A stretch of 64,000 nucleotides of DNA, from NCBI GenBank assembly GCA_018716115.1, contig DVKF01000005.1:397-64396 (forward strand), read 5' to 3'. Within the stretch, counting starts at the first letter, position 1. Each line of letters begins with the position of its first letter. The DNA is from Candidatus Alloscybalousia intestinigallinarum. Lineage in GTDB: Bacteria; Bacillota_I; Bacilli_A; RF39; UBA660. Below the pieces are notes generated by a model, which did no database searches, was not told where the DNA came from, and was given only the letters and a program-made list of their open reading frames with translations. Below, one piece after another: positions 39,147-49,092 of this stretch. The position numbers and the translations under genes are program-made.

Positions 39147-39176
39147 TATTTTATCAACAAATATAGTGTTTGGCAA
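39147..39176 (-). promoter_or_regulatory. Putative promoter of the tRNA-His gene: TTGCCA, 17 nt spacer, TAAAAT.
   Basis: The hexamer pair lies about 20 nt upstream of the mature tRNA 5' end. Confidence 0.35.
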
Positions 39177-39257
39177 GAACTTTTTTCACTTTTTATCCCA
39201 AATATCAAAAAATTAGAAAACAATTCAATAATAAATTGTGCTTAAGCATCAACAACA

Positions 39258-39302
39258 ACGATAAAACGGACTAAAGAACATCCTCGTTCTTTACATCCGT
39301 TT
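39258..39302 (-). terminator. Terminator of the 39307-40419 gene, with stem AAACGGA/TCCGTTT and a nested AAGAAC/GTTCTT pair.
   Basis: A long inverted repeat is followed by a short U-tract. Confidence 0.4.
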
Positions 39303-39306
39303 TCTT

Positions 39307-40419
39307 TTATTTCACCTGATAAGGATTATCGTAAGTACCGTCTCCACTCACATAAATGGCATCCTTAGCCAAATAAATAACTGGTCTTAAATAAGAATTG
39401 GTAGACGCACGAGTAAGTCCGATAATACCACTAGAATCTATACGATATACTCGATAAGTCGTATCACTATCACCGGTCAACAACCACCAACTAGACTCCA
39501 ATAAATTCAAATAATTATAATTTGAACATGACTGAGTTGAAGCCGAATTACAATTCTCATCTAAACTAACATTAATATAATCATATAATGGAAGCAACCC
39601 AATATATCTATCCTCTAACACTTGCGACTTCTCGATAGATCCATCATTATATTGAATTGTTTCTCCTCGTTTCCCAATCGCTAAATCATGAGCAACAATT
39701 AATAACTTGTCACTTGCGCTAAACAAATCTTCCCCATTATATAAATTCGTTAACGCATCGTTCGCTCTACTAACACTATAATCATTAATACCATCATTAC
39801 GATTACGATCGGTATTAAAACGATCATCCCATACTGAACGAGCATACTTTTCATCCATAATTAACATTGGACTACCATCTTCAAACTTGACAATCCGCCA
39901 CATTCTACCAGCAAATTTAATATAATTATTAGGATTTTCCCCCCGATAAACAAGTTCCCCGTTCATATCATACAATCCCTGACCAGTCACTACAGTATGT
40001 TCTACACTTCTAACATGATCGACAAATGTCTCGGTTTCATATTTATCCCCACATTTTAAATTAGCAACATAGCGATAATTATTATTCACATTAGTAACCG
40101 TTACGGTTGCAGTACAAGAAACTCCTTCATCTGGTACCATTTTCTGTAAATCCCCTAAATAACCACTTGAAGTCAAAGTCGTACTATTTACACTAACTTC
40201 ATCATTAGGACTCTTTGGCAATAAATTTTGATGCTTTCCATAATACTCTCTTGCCGCCTCAATAATCTTATTTTCTACCGAAGAATACGTGCTACTTACA
40301 AAAAAAGCATTATATAGTAATAGGCAAACAATGATCAAAATAACTACACCTACGATACCACCAAAAATCATGATCAATTTCTTTTTCCCAATACTATTGA
40401 TTAATTCCTTCATTTCCAT
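39307..40419 (-). CDS. Membrane-anchored extracellular protein of unknown function.
   Basis: The protein is 370 aa with an N-terminal TM segment (LIMIFGGIVGVVILIIVCLLLY). Confidence 0.55.
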   Translation of the reverse strand: MEMKELINSIGKKKLIMIFGGIVGVVILIIVCLLLYNAFFVSSTYSSVENKIIEAAREYYGKHQNLLPKSPNDEVSVNSTTLTSSGYLGDLQKMVPDEGVSCTATVTVTNVNNNYRYVANLKCGDKYETETFVDHVRSVEHTVVTGQGLYDMNGELVYRGENPNNYIKFAGRMWRIVKFEDGSPMLIMDEKYARSVWDDRFNTDRNRNDGINDYSVSRANDALTNLYNGEDLFSASDKLLIVAHDLAIGKRGETIQYNDGSIEKSQVLEDRYIGLLPLYDYINVSLDENCNSASTQSCSNYNYLNLLESSWWLLTGDSDTTYRVYRIDSSGIIGLTRASTNSYLRPVIYLAKDAIYVSGDGTYDNPYQVK

Positions 40420-40633
40420 TTCTCCTCGTATAATATATTTTGTAAGTTATTTTTGGCTTACAATTTAACATCTTTACAGATACTTTCATTATAACAAAGA
40501 ACACCATGTTTTTCAATTATTACCACATTTTAATTACGAAAAAATATCACGCCTTCCAAAGAATAAAAAAGTAAACTCTACTTTCTATAAAAAGAGCATA
40601 AGAAAAGGATACTAGAAAGTACCCCTCTTCTTT

Positions 40634-40789
40634 TTAACAACAGTTATTTCTTCCACGGTCAAATCCTGAGCCACAAAATAAGAAGAAAATAACAAATACA
40701 ATGATTACAATCCATAACCAATTAGTGCCGCCATCATTATATCCATATCCAGGATAGCCATAACTTGGGCATCCACAACCATACATCAT
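40634..40789 (-). CDS. YjcZ-like 'tiny TM' sporulation protein of 51 aa. It is not in the ORF track because it falls below the size cut-off.
   Basis: I translated MMYGCGCPSYGYPGYGYNDGGTNWLWIVIIVFVIFFLFCGSGFDRGRNNCC by eye. It has a G/Y-rich N-terminus and one TM segment. An AAAGGAGTG RBS sits 8 nt upstream. Confidence 0.55.
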   Translation of the reverse strand: MMYGCGCPSYGYPGYGYNDGGTNWLWIVIIVFVIFFLFCGSGFDRGRNNCC

Positions 40790-40942
40790 ACTTTTTTACA
40801 CTCCTTTCACTATATTATATTAACATTCAAAAAAAAAGAGTGGTATGAACACCCAGTTTTAAAAAATAAATTCATAAACTACTAAATAGAGCCCAGACTC
40901 ATCCCTAAATTTATCATACATTAAATTAGAGGAGAGATTTTA

Positions 40943-41392
40943 ATGAATAATCATTACAATTTTGATCAATTTGATCGCCAACAAATGGATATATTTAATC
41001 AAACATTTCTAAATTCTAATCCCGCATCATCACTTAATCAACCACTACAAGAACCATATGAAGGATTCATTCGTGGTAACTTATTTGATCAACTTTACCG
41101 TCAATACCAAAATTATCGACCTACAAAATTAGTGCCTAACAATGAACAAGCTGAGCTTCTATTAAATGTAGATCAATTATCCTTTGCAGCCCATGAAATC
41201 AATTTATATTTAGATGTTTATCCTAATGACACTCAGATGATAGCTCTATTTAATCGCTATCAACAACTAGCTAACGAAGCCACAAAAGCTTATGAAAAGA
41301 AATATGGTCCGCTAACAATTAATGCCCTATCTAATCGCGATCAATTTAGTTGGGAAGCTTATGCTTGGCCTTGGGAAATGGAGGAAAACTAA
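40943..41392 (+). CDS. cotJB: Spore coat protein CotJA-CotJB fusion.
   Basis: The C-terminal half (EINLYLDVYPND...YGPL...AWPWEMEE) matches CotJB. The N-terminal segment EGFIRGNLFDQLYRQY is CotJA-like. The gene ends 1 nt before cotJC. Confidence 0.6.
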   Translation: MNNHYNFDQFDRQQMDIFNQTFLNSNPASSLNQPLQEPYEGFIRGNLFDQLYRQYQNYRPTKLVPNNEQAELLLNVDQLSFAAHEINLYLDVYPNDTQMIALFNRYQQLANEATKAYEKKYGPLTINALSNRDQFSWEAYAWPWEMEEN

Positions 41393-41393
41393 C

Positions 41394-41960
41394 ATGTGGA
41401 AATATGAGAAAAGATTACAATATCCAATTTCAATCAAAAAAAAGGATTTACGGATGGCAAAATATTTAGTTACTCAATATGGAGGTTCTAATGGAGAAAT
41501 GGCCGCAGCTTTACGTTACTTAAATCAACGATATACTATGCCAGATAATCGTGGCAAAGCCCTTCTTACAGATATCGCCACTGAAGAACTAGCTCATATT
41601 GAAATGATATCTACTATGGTATATCAATTAATGAAAAATGCTACAATCGATGAATTAGAAAAAGCAGGATTAGCAAGTCACTATGCTGAACATAATCGTT
41701 CCTTATACCCTACTGATGCTAATGGAGTACCGTTTACCATTACTTATGTTGCAACAACTGGAGATTACTTAGCCGATCTATCTGAAGATATGGCAGCAGA
41801 ACAAAAAGCCCGCGCCGTATATGAAAACTTAATCGATTTAACTGAAGATCCGGATGTAATTGGTCCACTACTATGGTTAAGGCAAAGAGAAATCGTACAC
41901 TTTCAACGATTTAAAGAACTATATGATTACTATAGTCAAACCAAAATACAACCAAGATAA
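41394..41960 (+). CDS. cotJC: Spore coat protein CotJC (Mn-catalase family).
   Basis: The protein starts MWKYEKRLQYP and contains YGGSNGEMAAALRYLNQRY. The start is the internal ATG at 41394. Confidence 0.85.
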   Translation: MWKYEKRLQYPISIKKKDLRMAKYLVTQYGGSNGEMAAALRYLNQRYTMPDNRGKALLTDIATEELAHIEMISTMVYQLMKNATIDELEKAGLASHYAEHNRSLYPTDANGVPFTITYVATTGDYLADLSEDMAAEQKARAVYENLIDLTEDPDVIGPLLWLRQREIVHFQRFKELYDYYSQTKIQPR

Positions 41961-42019
41961 AAAAACAAAAATTTAAACATCCAAATATAATTTACCCAAG
42001 TATGAAGATAAATATTTTT

Positions 42020-42049
42020 AGAAATACCTAGCCCGTATTTCTTTTTTTA
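42020..42049 (+). terminator. Terminator after cotJC, with stem AGAAATAC/GTATTTCT followed by T7.
   Basis: An inverted repeat and a T-run were read downstream of the cotJC stop. Confidence 0.6.
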
Positions 42050-42113
42050 TGAAATTAGACAACTATTTATCAATATAAAGCCCCCATCTTTTAACCTCCT
42101 AGACAAACATCAA

Positions 42114-42159
42114 GTAAGAAAAAAAGAATACCACCTTTCCCTCTTTTTGGCAGTATTCT
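42114..42159 (-). terminator. Terminator of the AAA+ gene, with stem AAGAATAC/GTATTCTT followed by a U-tract on the minus strand.
   Basis: An inverted repeat and a T-run were read. The loop is long (~21 nt). Confidence 0.4.
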
Positions 42160-42225
42160 TTAAGATTCCTAATACTAAAATAACAAATAATAAAACTTTA
42201 CCTGACTCTAAACTATCTATAAACT

Positions 42226-44964
42226 TTAATTACGATTATTGGTTTCTTCTTCACGAATAATATCTTTAAATTTCTGATCGAAACGAACTAACTCTTTTTT
42301 TATTACATCAGGATAAATATTCTTTGAATTTTCGATTGCTTTTCTAACATCGATAATCGTAACTTCTTTTCGATTAGCAAAAACAGCTTGAGAAAACGCT
42401 TGAGCAAGTAATGTTAAACAAATATCTGGATATCGTGAACCAATTCCATAAATTCGTTTATACTCCGAAGTAATATCGACAATAAAAGCCATAATTTCTG
42501 ATTGAACAAACTGGGTATACTTTAATTTCGCTCCGGTAGTCTTTTCAATCTTAGGTAAAGTACCCATTAAAATCTTAATGGTCATCTCACGATCAGGTTC
42601 AGATACATCTACTTTTTGAAAACGTCTAACAAAAGCTTTATCCCGTAAAATATAGCGTTCATACTCTTCCGTTGTTGTGGCACCAATCACTTTGATACTA
42701 CCACGACCTAAACTTTCCTTAAACATATTCGCAAAATCCATAGCTGATTCATTAGTAGAACCAATCAACATATGAATCTCGTCAATAAAGAGAATAATTT
42801 TTTCCAATCCTTTAAGTTCATCCACCAAAGTCTGTAACCTTGTTTCTCCTGTTGGCAAAGTACCAAGTAAAGAAGGTGTTTTTACACTGACAATACAGTA
42901 GCCTTTCAAAGCATCTGGAACATTATCTCTTTGTAATTGGTAAGCTAATCCCTCCACTATACTAGTTTTACCAATACCAGGCTTACCAACCAATATACCT
43001 GACTTTTCTGGAGTTAACAAAATCAAAATTAATTGCTTAATTTCTTCCGCCCGACCAATTGCGGGATTGGTAATATATTCTTTAGCACAAAAATCTTCAC
43101 CATAACGAGCAAGAATACTTATTTTTCCTTCTTGATTCGCCTTTTCTCTTAATTTTGGTAATAAATCAGAAAGATGCACTTGAACATTAGCAAAACTTTG
43201 ATCATAATCAAAATTATCCTTTTTTTCATCATAAACATTAGTTGGTGCTTCCTCTTCTACTTTCTTTTCTTCTTTTATTGGCTCCATTCTAAAGTTCACT
43301 CCCGGATTTGCCTTAGGATCAATAGGAACGACTACCGAATCCAAATCAGGAACACCAACAATTTGTTCGATCAAATCTTGAATACTTTTTACTTCAGAAG
43401 GAGGTGTCTCATCCTGTTTTAATTGTTGATCAATATTAACAATACCGGTATCTGATTGTTCTGAAGAAGAGATAGAGTTATCAGAATCATTATGCGAATC
43501 AAAATCAGTACTTACCTTCTCTTTAGTATTCTCCTGAATATCGCCAACCGGTACTGAAGCGGAAGTAGATTCTATAGGAGTAGAAGAAGGAGAGCTTGGG
43601 GAAAAAACATTTTTTGGCTTCTCTCTTTTTTCCCGAACAATACTTTTTCCACCAGCTTTGTAAATCAACTCGGTTTCTGGTTCATTCTTTTTAAATAAAT
43701 CATATCCTTGTTGGGCAGCTTCAATTTTCTTTTTTTCTTCTTCTTCCTCTTGTTTTCTACGTATTAATTCTTTTTCAAGCTCTTCATTAACTCCCGTTGC
43801 GATATTTAAATCATCAGTTTTTACCGTACCAGACATAAAATCAGGTACAACCAATTGTTGAAATGAATTTTTATCCGCTTCTACTCTAACATTTTGCTCT
43901 TGATTCGTTATAAATTGTGTCGGAGTACTAGCATTACGAAAAGAAGAAAAATCTAAAATATTAGCATTCTTTTGATCATACTGAACATTCTTTTCTGCCG
44001 CAGGAATTTCTTCCTTCTTTAACAAGAAGTCGATCGGAGCTTTCTCTTCCTCTTTCTCTTGTTGAACAAATACAGGTGCCGAAGCTTTAGTCGGTGTATT
44101 ATCTTTCGCACCAACTACGGGCTCATCAGGAACAATAGTATCCGTAAAACTAGTACTATCATTAAAATTATATTCTTTATTTAATTCTGATACCGCAGTA
44201 TTAAATTCAGGAGTAGAAACTCCGACTGTAGTAACACTAGGTGGATTAGAGGCTTCCTCACGATTGAAAGAAGATGAATCCCGTGACTGAGCATCTACGA
44301 AAGTAGGTATTTCAGGAGGAGTTTGAATATCATCCTGAGATTGAGAAGGTACCGAAGAAGGAAACGAATTTGCATCTGGTAAATTCTGTTCTTGAGCATC
44401 ACTTTGAACTGGTGAAAAATCTCCAACATGAACGACTTCTAAATTAGGAGTCGTTTTCTTTTTCTTCGTAAATTTATCTTCTAAAGTATTCAAAAAAGAT
44501 TTTTTGTTATGATCTGCCTGCGCAATAGCCACAGAATCAAAGGCAGTATCTTCAACTACTGGCTTATCCTCTTTTAAATCAGTATGAGCATTATGACCAA
44601 AAAAGTCAAATACGTTCTCATTTGCACTGGATGGTTGATCGTAGTGATTATGAACTACTTGTTCAAAACTACTAGCTTGAGAAACATTCGGATTATCGGT
44701 TGTAAAATTACTAGCATTATAAACCGGTGTCGATGTTGGGGTTGAAGAAACAGCTGGTGCCGGTTTGGATTGCCCACTAGAGGCAATATCCATTAATGAA
44801 GGTCCTATAGATTGAACAGGAGCATCGACTGGCTTAATTGGAGCTTCTGCTTCAGAAGATGCAATAGAATCATAATAATCATCAGAAAAAATAAAACGAT
44901 TTTGTCTTTTCGTATTCCCGTTATCAGACTGTGAAGAAAAACCAAAGTCCATATTATTATCCAT
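42226..44964 (-). CDS. AAA+ ATPase with a ClpA/ClpB D1-type domain only, preceded by a ~600-aa low-complexity N-terminal region rich in S/T/P/E/D/N/Q.
   Basis: The C-terminal 300 aa align by eye to Clp D1 (GRAEEIKQLI..LVGKPGIGKTSIVEGLA...ILFIDEIHMLIG...GATTTEEYERYILRDKAFVRRFQKV). No D2 domain is present. Confidence 0.65.
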   Translation of the reverse strand: MDNNMDFGFSSQSDNGNTKRQNRFIFSDDYYDSIASSEAEAPIKPVDAPVQSIGPSLMDIASSGQSKPAPAVSSTPTSTPVYNASNFTTDNPNVSQASSFEQVVHNHYDQPSSANENVFDFFGHNAHTDLKEDKPVVEDTAFDSVAIAQADHNKKSFLNTLEDKFTKKKKTTPNLEVVHVGDFSPVQSDAQEQNLPDANSFPSSVPSQSQDDIQTPPEIPTFVDAQSRDSSSFNREEASNPPSVTTVGVSTPEFNTAVSELNKEYNFNDSTSFTDTIVPDEPVVGAKDNTPTKASAPVFVQQEKEEEKAPIDFLLKKEEIPAAEKNVQYDQKNANILDFSSFRNASTPTQFITNQEQNVRVEADKNSFQQLVVPDFMSGTVKTDDLNIATGVNEELEKELIRRKQEEEEEKKKIEAAQQGYDLFKKNEPETELIYKAGGKSIVREKREKPKNVFSPSSPSSTPIESTSASVPVGDIQENTKEKVSTDFDSHNDSDNSISSSEQSDTGIVNIDQQLKQDETPPSEVKSIQDLIEQIVGVPDLDSVVVPIDPKANPGVNFRMEPIKEEKKVEEEAPTNVYDEKKDNFDYDQSFANVQVHLSDLLPKLREKANQEGKISILARYGEDFCAKEYITNPAIGRAEEIKQLILILLTPEKSGILVGKPGIGKTSIVEGLAYQLQRDNVPDALKGYCIVSVKTPSLLGTLPTGETRLQTLVDELKGLEKIILFIDEIHMLIGSTNESAMDFANMFKESLGRGSIKVIGATTTEEYERYILRDKAFVRRFQKVDVSEPDREMTIKILMGTLPKIEKTTGAKLKYTQFVQSEIMAFIVDITSEYKRIYGIGSRYPDICLTLLAQAFSQAVFANRKEVTIIDVRKAIENSKNIYPDVIKKELVRFDQKFKDIIREEETNNRN

Positions 44965-45139
44965 AAATTGCCTCCCTATAATTCTATTTTATTATATCAT
45001 GCTACAAGAAAAGAAAAAAGAAAATAATAAAATTTCCTAATATTTTACCAACAAACTCTTTCTATTTAGCCCTCAATTTTTCATGATTTCTAATAAAACT
45101 ATTCTTTTTAAACTACCATACTTATTTAGGCAAAAACAC

Positions 45140-46264
45140 TTATGGTCCTACCTGATCCTTATCTTTCCATAACAGTAAATCCTTAAAAGAATCAATTAAT
45201 AACTTTCTAGTATCTTTATCCATATGTCTATTCTCTTTTACTAAAGCAATTAACTTATTCACTTTCGTAATTTTTAATTCACTGAGTCCTTTAATACCTG
45301 CTCGTTCAAAAACAGAAAATAACGCTAGTACAATTTTTTCCCGTTTTTCATCATCATAGCGATAAATCCACCGCATAACCCGACGTTCGAACTTTTTACT
45401 TTTAGGAGATAATTTTCCCCTTAAAAAGCTATTCTTTCCAACTAACCAACTGACCCCATCATGTTGTAAGAACCCGCGATAACTACTCTTAACCACCACA
45501 TAATTTTCCGGATGTCTTAAAAGCATACCAACAACACTCTCTTCTGGAACAAACATTCGTAATTTTCTTAACATTTGCCGATACATTTTAGATTCATGTT
45601 CTTTTTTTCGAAAACCAGGACCATCATTATTATAAATCTCTATAATCTTACGACGAGTCCAAAAATCACATAACATATACCCAGCCATCGCTAAATTACC
45701 GCCTTTAGAATGACCACCTATTCTTACTTTTGGTCCAAAAAAAGAGATTGTTTCATCTAAATAATCCGCAGCTTTTTGTTGCGCAACTACAGGAAATTGA
45801 TAAGATAATTTAAAATCTTCTTTCCAACCATAAATAGAATCATCAGTTCCCTCAAAAGCAATATAAATGGTACCATCACCTAATAACATAGACATGGCAC
45901 CAAACTGAGTGCGTTCTTCTACATCGTTGACATAATGATAAATCAAAATATCTTGATATCTTTTTGATGCCGCCATCAATTTAAAATAAGAGATAATTTT
46001 CTGAATGGAAGGTGCTGTTCGCAACTTCTTAATATCTTTTGGCGTATAACGGTTAAAGTACAAAGTAGCAAGCATTTTTAAAGATATCTTCTCTTTAGGA
46101 GAAAATGGCATAAACAGTTCAAAATCAATATAACTAAGTTCAGAAAGTAACAAATTATCTACTTCATTAAATGGCATTTCATCAAATGTTACATTTTTAT
46201 TTGCCTGTATATATTCACGTAATGTCATGATATTCCCCACATTTCCGTGAATAGTATAACACAC
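45140..46264 (-). CDS. Alpha/beta-hydrolase (lipase-like, Mbeg1/DUF2974-type).
   Basis: A GGHSKGGNLAMAGYM nucleophile-elbow motif is present. Confidence 0.55.
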   Translation of the reverse strand: MCYTIHGNVGNIMTLREYIQANKNVTFDEMPFNEVDNLLLSELSYIDFELFMPFSPKEKISLKMLATLYFNRYTPKDIKKLRTAPSIQKIISYFKLMAASKRYQDILIYHYVNDVEERTQFGAMSMLLGDGTIYIAFEGTDDSIYGWKEDFKLSYQFPVVAQQKAADYLDETISFFGPKVRIGGHSKGGNLAMAGYMLCDFWTRRKIIEIYNNDGPGFRKKEHESKMYRQMLRKLRMFVPEESVVGMLLRHPENYVVVKSSYRGFLQHDGVSWLVGKNSFLRGKLSPKSKKFERRVMRWIYRYDDEKREKIVLALFSVFERAGIKGLSELKITKVNKLIALVKENRHMDKDTRKLLIDSFKDLLLWKDKDQVGP

Positions 46265-46519
46265 AGCTTAAAAATATCAAAATTTTTCAATTGAGAATTG
46301 CCAAGTAAACCGTACTCCTCTTTTATCTCACAGTTACCCTCTTCTAAAAGCAAGCCTTATTTCTAGAATTCATCATATTTCATTTTCGAAATCAATCGAG
46401 TTTATTGACACTAAAACTTGAATATGCTACTATCATTTTACAAGTTAAAGTTAACTTTAGGTCAAGCATTTTATATAGACTTAAACACCTTATATAAGAA
46501 AATAGAAAGGAAGTAAAAC

Positions 46520-46987
46520 ATGTATACAATCGGAGAAGTTTCTAAAATGGTAAATTTACCTATACCCACCCTTAGATACTATGATAATGAAGGACTATTA
46601 ACAGATATCGAAAGAGACTCATCAGGAATAAGAAAATTTAATGATAAGACGCTTGAATCGTTAAGAGTGATTGAATGTTTAAAAAAATCTGGTATGCAAA
46701 TTAAAGAAATCAAAGAATTTATGAAATGGTGTTCGCTTGGAGATCAAACAATAGCAAAGCGAAAAGAAATGTTTATTCGTCAAAAAGAACATATTGAACA
46801 AGAAATCAACGAATTAGAAACTGCTTTAGCGATGATCAAATTCAAATGTTGGTACTACGATGAAGCGTTAAAAGACGGTACAGAAAAAAGAGTAAAAAAA
46901 CTTGATCCTAATGACATGCCGGAAGAAATAAAGCAATTATTTGAACATACCCATCAACCATATCAAAAAGAGCCCATAACTAAATAA
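46520..46987 (+). CDS. MerR family transcriptional regulator.
   Basis: The N-terminal HTH is YTIGEVSKMVNLPIPTLRYYDNEGLL. Confidence 0.8.
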   Translation: MYTIGEVSKMVNLPIPTLRYYDNEGLLTDIERDSSGIRKFNDKTLESLRVIECLKKSGMQIKEIKEFMKWCSLGDQTIAKRKEMFIRQKEHIEQEINELETALAMIKFKCWYYDEALKDGTEKRVKKLDPNDMPEEIKQLFEHTHQPYQKEPITK

Positions 46988-47089
46988 GGCTCTTTTATTA
47001 TGATAATCTAAAACGATACAAAGATTAAATCCATCAATGATAAATCAAAAAATACTATTTTACATATTCATTTTCTAATAGAATTTCTA

Positions 47090-47917
47090 TCATGAAGATA
47101 ATTTTTTTATCCATTCATGACAATCTGCATGAACAGCAATTGCCTTATTTTCTATCGAATAGAAAAAATCTAAATATTGATTATTGACTCTTACTAACCG
47201 TGTATCTAAAAACTCCAAAGTCATTTTCTCAAAAGGCAACCGAATAATACTTGGCGTATTAAACCCAACACCTAACTCCAATAATAAAAGTTTTCTATTC
47301 TTGTTTTCGCGAATAAACTGTTGATAATTACGATTTAGTCTTTGCCAATTATCATCCTCAACAAAAAATTCATTTTTTCTTAAATTGACATCCATTTTTT
47401 CACCACATCTTGGACAATAAGGGACAAGGTTAGAAGGAATTCTACAATCTTTATCTTCTTTTAACCATTTATTCACTAACTCTAAATCATCATAAAGCTT
47501 ACAATGACAACAAACCGCACACTGAATCTTAGATAAAGAGCCTTGTACTTCAAATACCTTTTCTTTTGAAAAACCAGCTTTTGAAAACTGTCCATCTACA
47601 TTAGTTGTAATGACAAAGTAATTTTTATCCTTTACTAACTGATATAAATTCTTATATGTATCCTTGGCATCAACATTATATAAATAATTAATATGCTTTG
47701 CCCAATAACTCCATCGTTCTTCTTCCGTTGAAAAAGAATAAAAAGAAGAAGTATACATATCCGTCATATGATACTTTTCTACAAGCTCAGGAAAATGTTC
47801 AGCAAAACCTTCTTTGCCATAGGAAATTCCCGCTGCGGTAGAAAGACCTGCTCCTGCACCGATAATAATGGCATCAGAATCATAAATTAATTTTTTTATT
47901 TCTGAATATTCGTTCAT
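47090..47917 (-). CDS. Sir2-family protein of the SirTM type, linked to a macrodomain gene.
   Basis: Motifs read are IIGAGAGLSTAAGI, ITTNVDGQ and a Zn ribbon CAVCCHC...CPRCG. The gene lies immediately downstream of a macrodomain gene and overlaps it slightly. Confidence 0.7.
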   Translation of the reverse strand: MNEYSEIKKLIYDSDAIIIGAGAGLSTAAGISYGKEGFAEHFPELVEKYHMTDMYTSSFYSFSTEEERWSYWAKHINYLYNVDAKDTYKNLYQLVKDKNYFVITTNVDGQFSKAGFSKEKVFEVQGSLSKIQCAVCCHCKLYDDLELVNKWLKEDKDCRIPSNLVPYCPRCGEKMDVNLRKNEFFVEDDNWQRLNRNYQQFIRENKNRKLLLLELGVGFNTPSIIRLPFEKMTLEFLDTRLVRVNNQYLDFFYSIENKAIAVHADCHEWIKKLSS

Positions 47918-48677
47918 AAATTTCTTGATCCTCCTCAGTAAATACATCAAAGATTACCCTATCCAAAGTTCCCGGATTATCTTTTAAAAATTCACATACC
48001 GTAGCTACGGCAATTTCAGCGGCTAATGCTTTAGGAAAATGAAAAACGCCAGTAGAAATAGAAGGAAAGGCAATTGTACGAATCTGCTTTTTTTGGGCTA
48101 ATTCTAAGCAAGAATAATAACAAGAACGTAATTTATCTTTATCCTCTTTCGTTACATGTCCACCAATCATTGGACCTACTGTATGAATAACGTACTGAGA
48201 GGGTAAATTATATGCGCCCGTTATTTTAGCCTGTCCCACCTTCTCTTCTTTACCATTCATCATTTCGTTACAAGAAAGACGAAGTCTAATCCCCGCATAA
48301 GTATGAATAGCATTATCGATACAAGAATGATTAGGAATAAAACAACCAAGTAAAGAAGTATTACCAGCATTGACGATGGCATCAACCTGAAGAGTAGTAA
48401 TATCACCACGCCATACACTAAGGACATGAAATTGATCTTCTATACAAGGAATTTCATCGATAACAGTTATCTTCTTCTCTTTAAGTTCTAATTGTAAAAG
48501 CTCGTCTTCTAACTTTAAAATATTTTCATCTAATGGGTATGGTGGCCTAATATTGACAATGCCTCGTAATAATTTTCTCTTTTCTCGATAATTTTGCGAA
48601 ATAAACAAAGAGAAAGATTGTTCAGCTTCTTGGCAAAAATAAGTAAGTAACTGATCAACTAACTGTTCTTTTTTCAT
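47880..48677 (-). CDS. Macrodomain protein (ADP-ribose binding or hydrolysing).
   Basis: Motifs read are GDITTLQVDAIVNAGN and GQAKITGAYNLPSQYVIHTVGP. Confidence 0.75.
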   Translation of the reverse strand: MKKEQLVDQLLTYFCQEAEQSFSLFISQNYREKRKLLRGIVNIRPPYPLDENILKLEDELLQLELKEKKITVIDEIPCIEDQFHVLSVWRGDITTLQVDAIVNAGNTSLLGCFIPNHSCIDNAIHTYAGIRLRLSCNEMMNGKEEKVGQAKITGAYNLPSQYVIHTVGPMIGGHVTKEDKDKLRSCYYSCLELAQKKQIRTIAFPSISTGVFHFPKALAAEIAVATVCEFLKDNPGTLDRVIFDVFTEEDQEIYERIFRNKKINL

Positions 48678-49000
48678 TTTTTCACATCCTGATCCTTATA
48701 TTTTTCGCCAAAAGCTCTCATACAATCTAAAACATCCCTTAATGCTTCCCCTTTTTCTGATAATGAATACTCCACTTTCGGAGGAACGACAGGATATACT
48801 TTTCTCTTAATTATACCGTCTCGTTCTAATTCTCTTAAATTTTCAGTAAGAACTTTAGCAGATATACCAACAACACTTCTAGAAAGTTCATTATAACGTT
48901 TAGTCCCGGTTAATAAATCACGTAAAATGATAATCTTCCATTTATTACTGATAATGGAAGCGGTATATTCAACTGGACAATTGGTATAGGTTTTCGCCAT
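48674..49000 (-). CDS. HxlR-type (MarR-like) transcriptional regulator.
   Basis: CPVEYTASIISNKWKIIILRDL...RYNEL is the HxlR signature. Confidence 0.8.
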   Translation of the reverse strand: MAKTYTNCPVEYTASIISNKWKIIILRDLLTGTKRYNELSRSVVGISAKVLTENLRELERDGIIKRKVYPVVPPKVEYSLSEKGEALRDVLDCMRAFGEKYKDQDVKK

Positions 49001-49092
49001 TTATTCATCAACTCCTACTCACATTATAAAGGATAACTTTCTATTTTGGTAGTACGCACCTTTTAGTAACTATAGAAAAAAAGTGAATGTAA

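Noticed and set aside
43174-43422. An 82-aa plus-strand ORF.
   Set aside because: It is antisense within the AAA+ gene.
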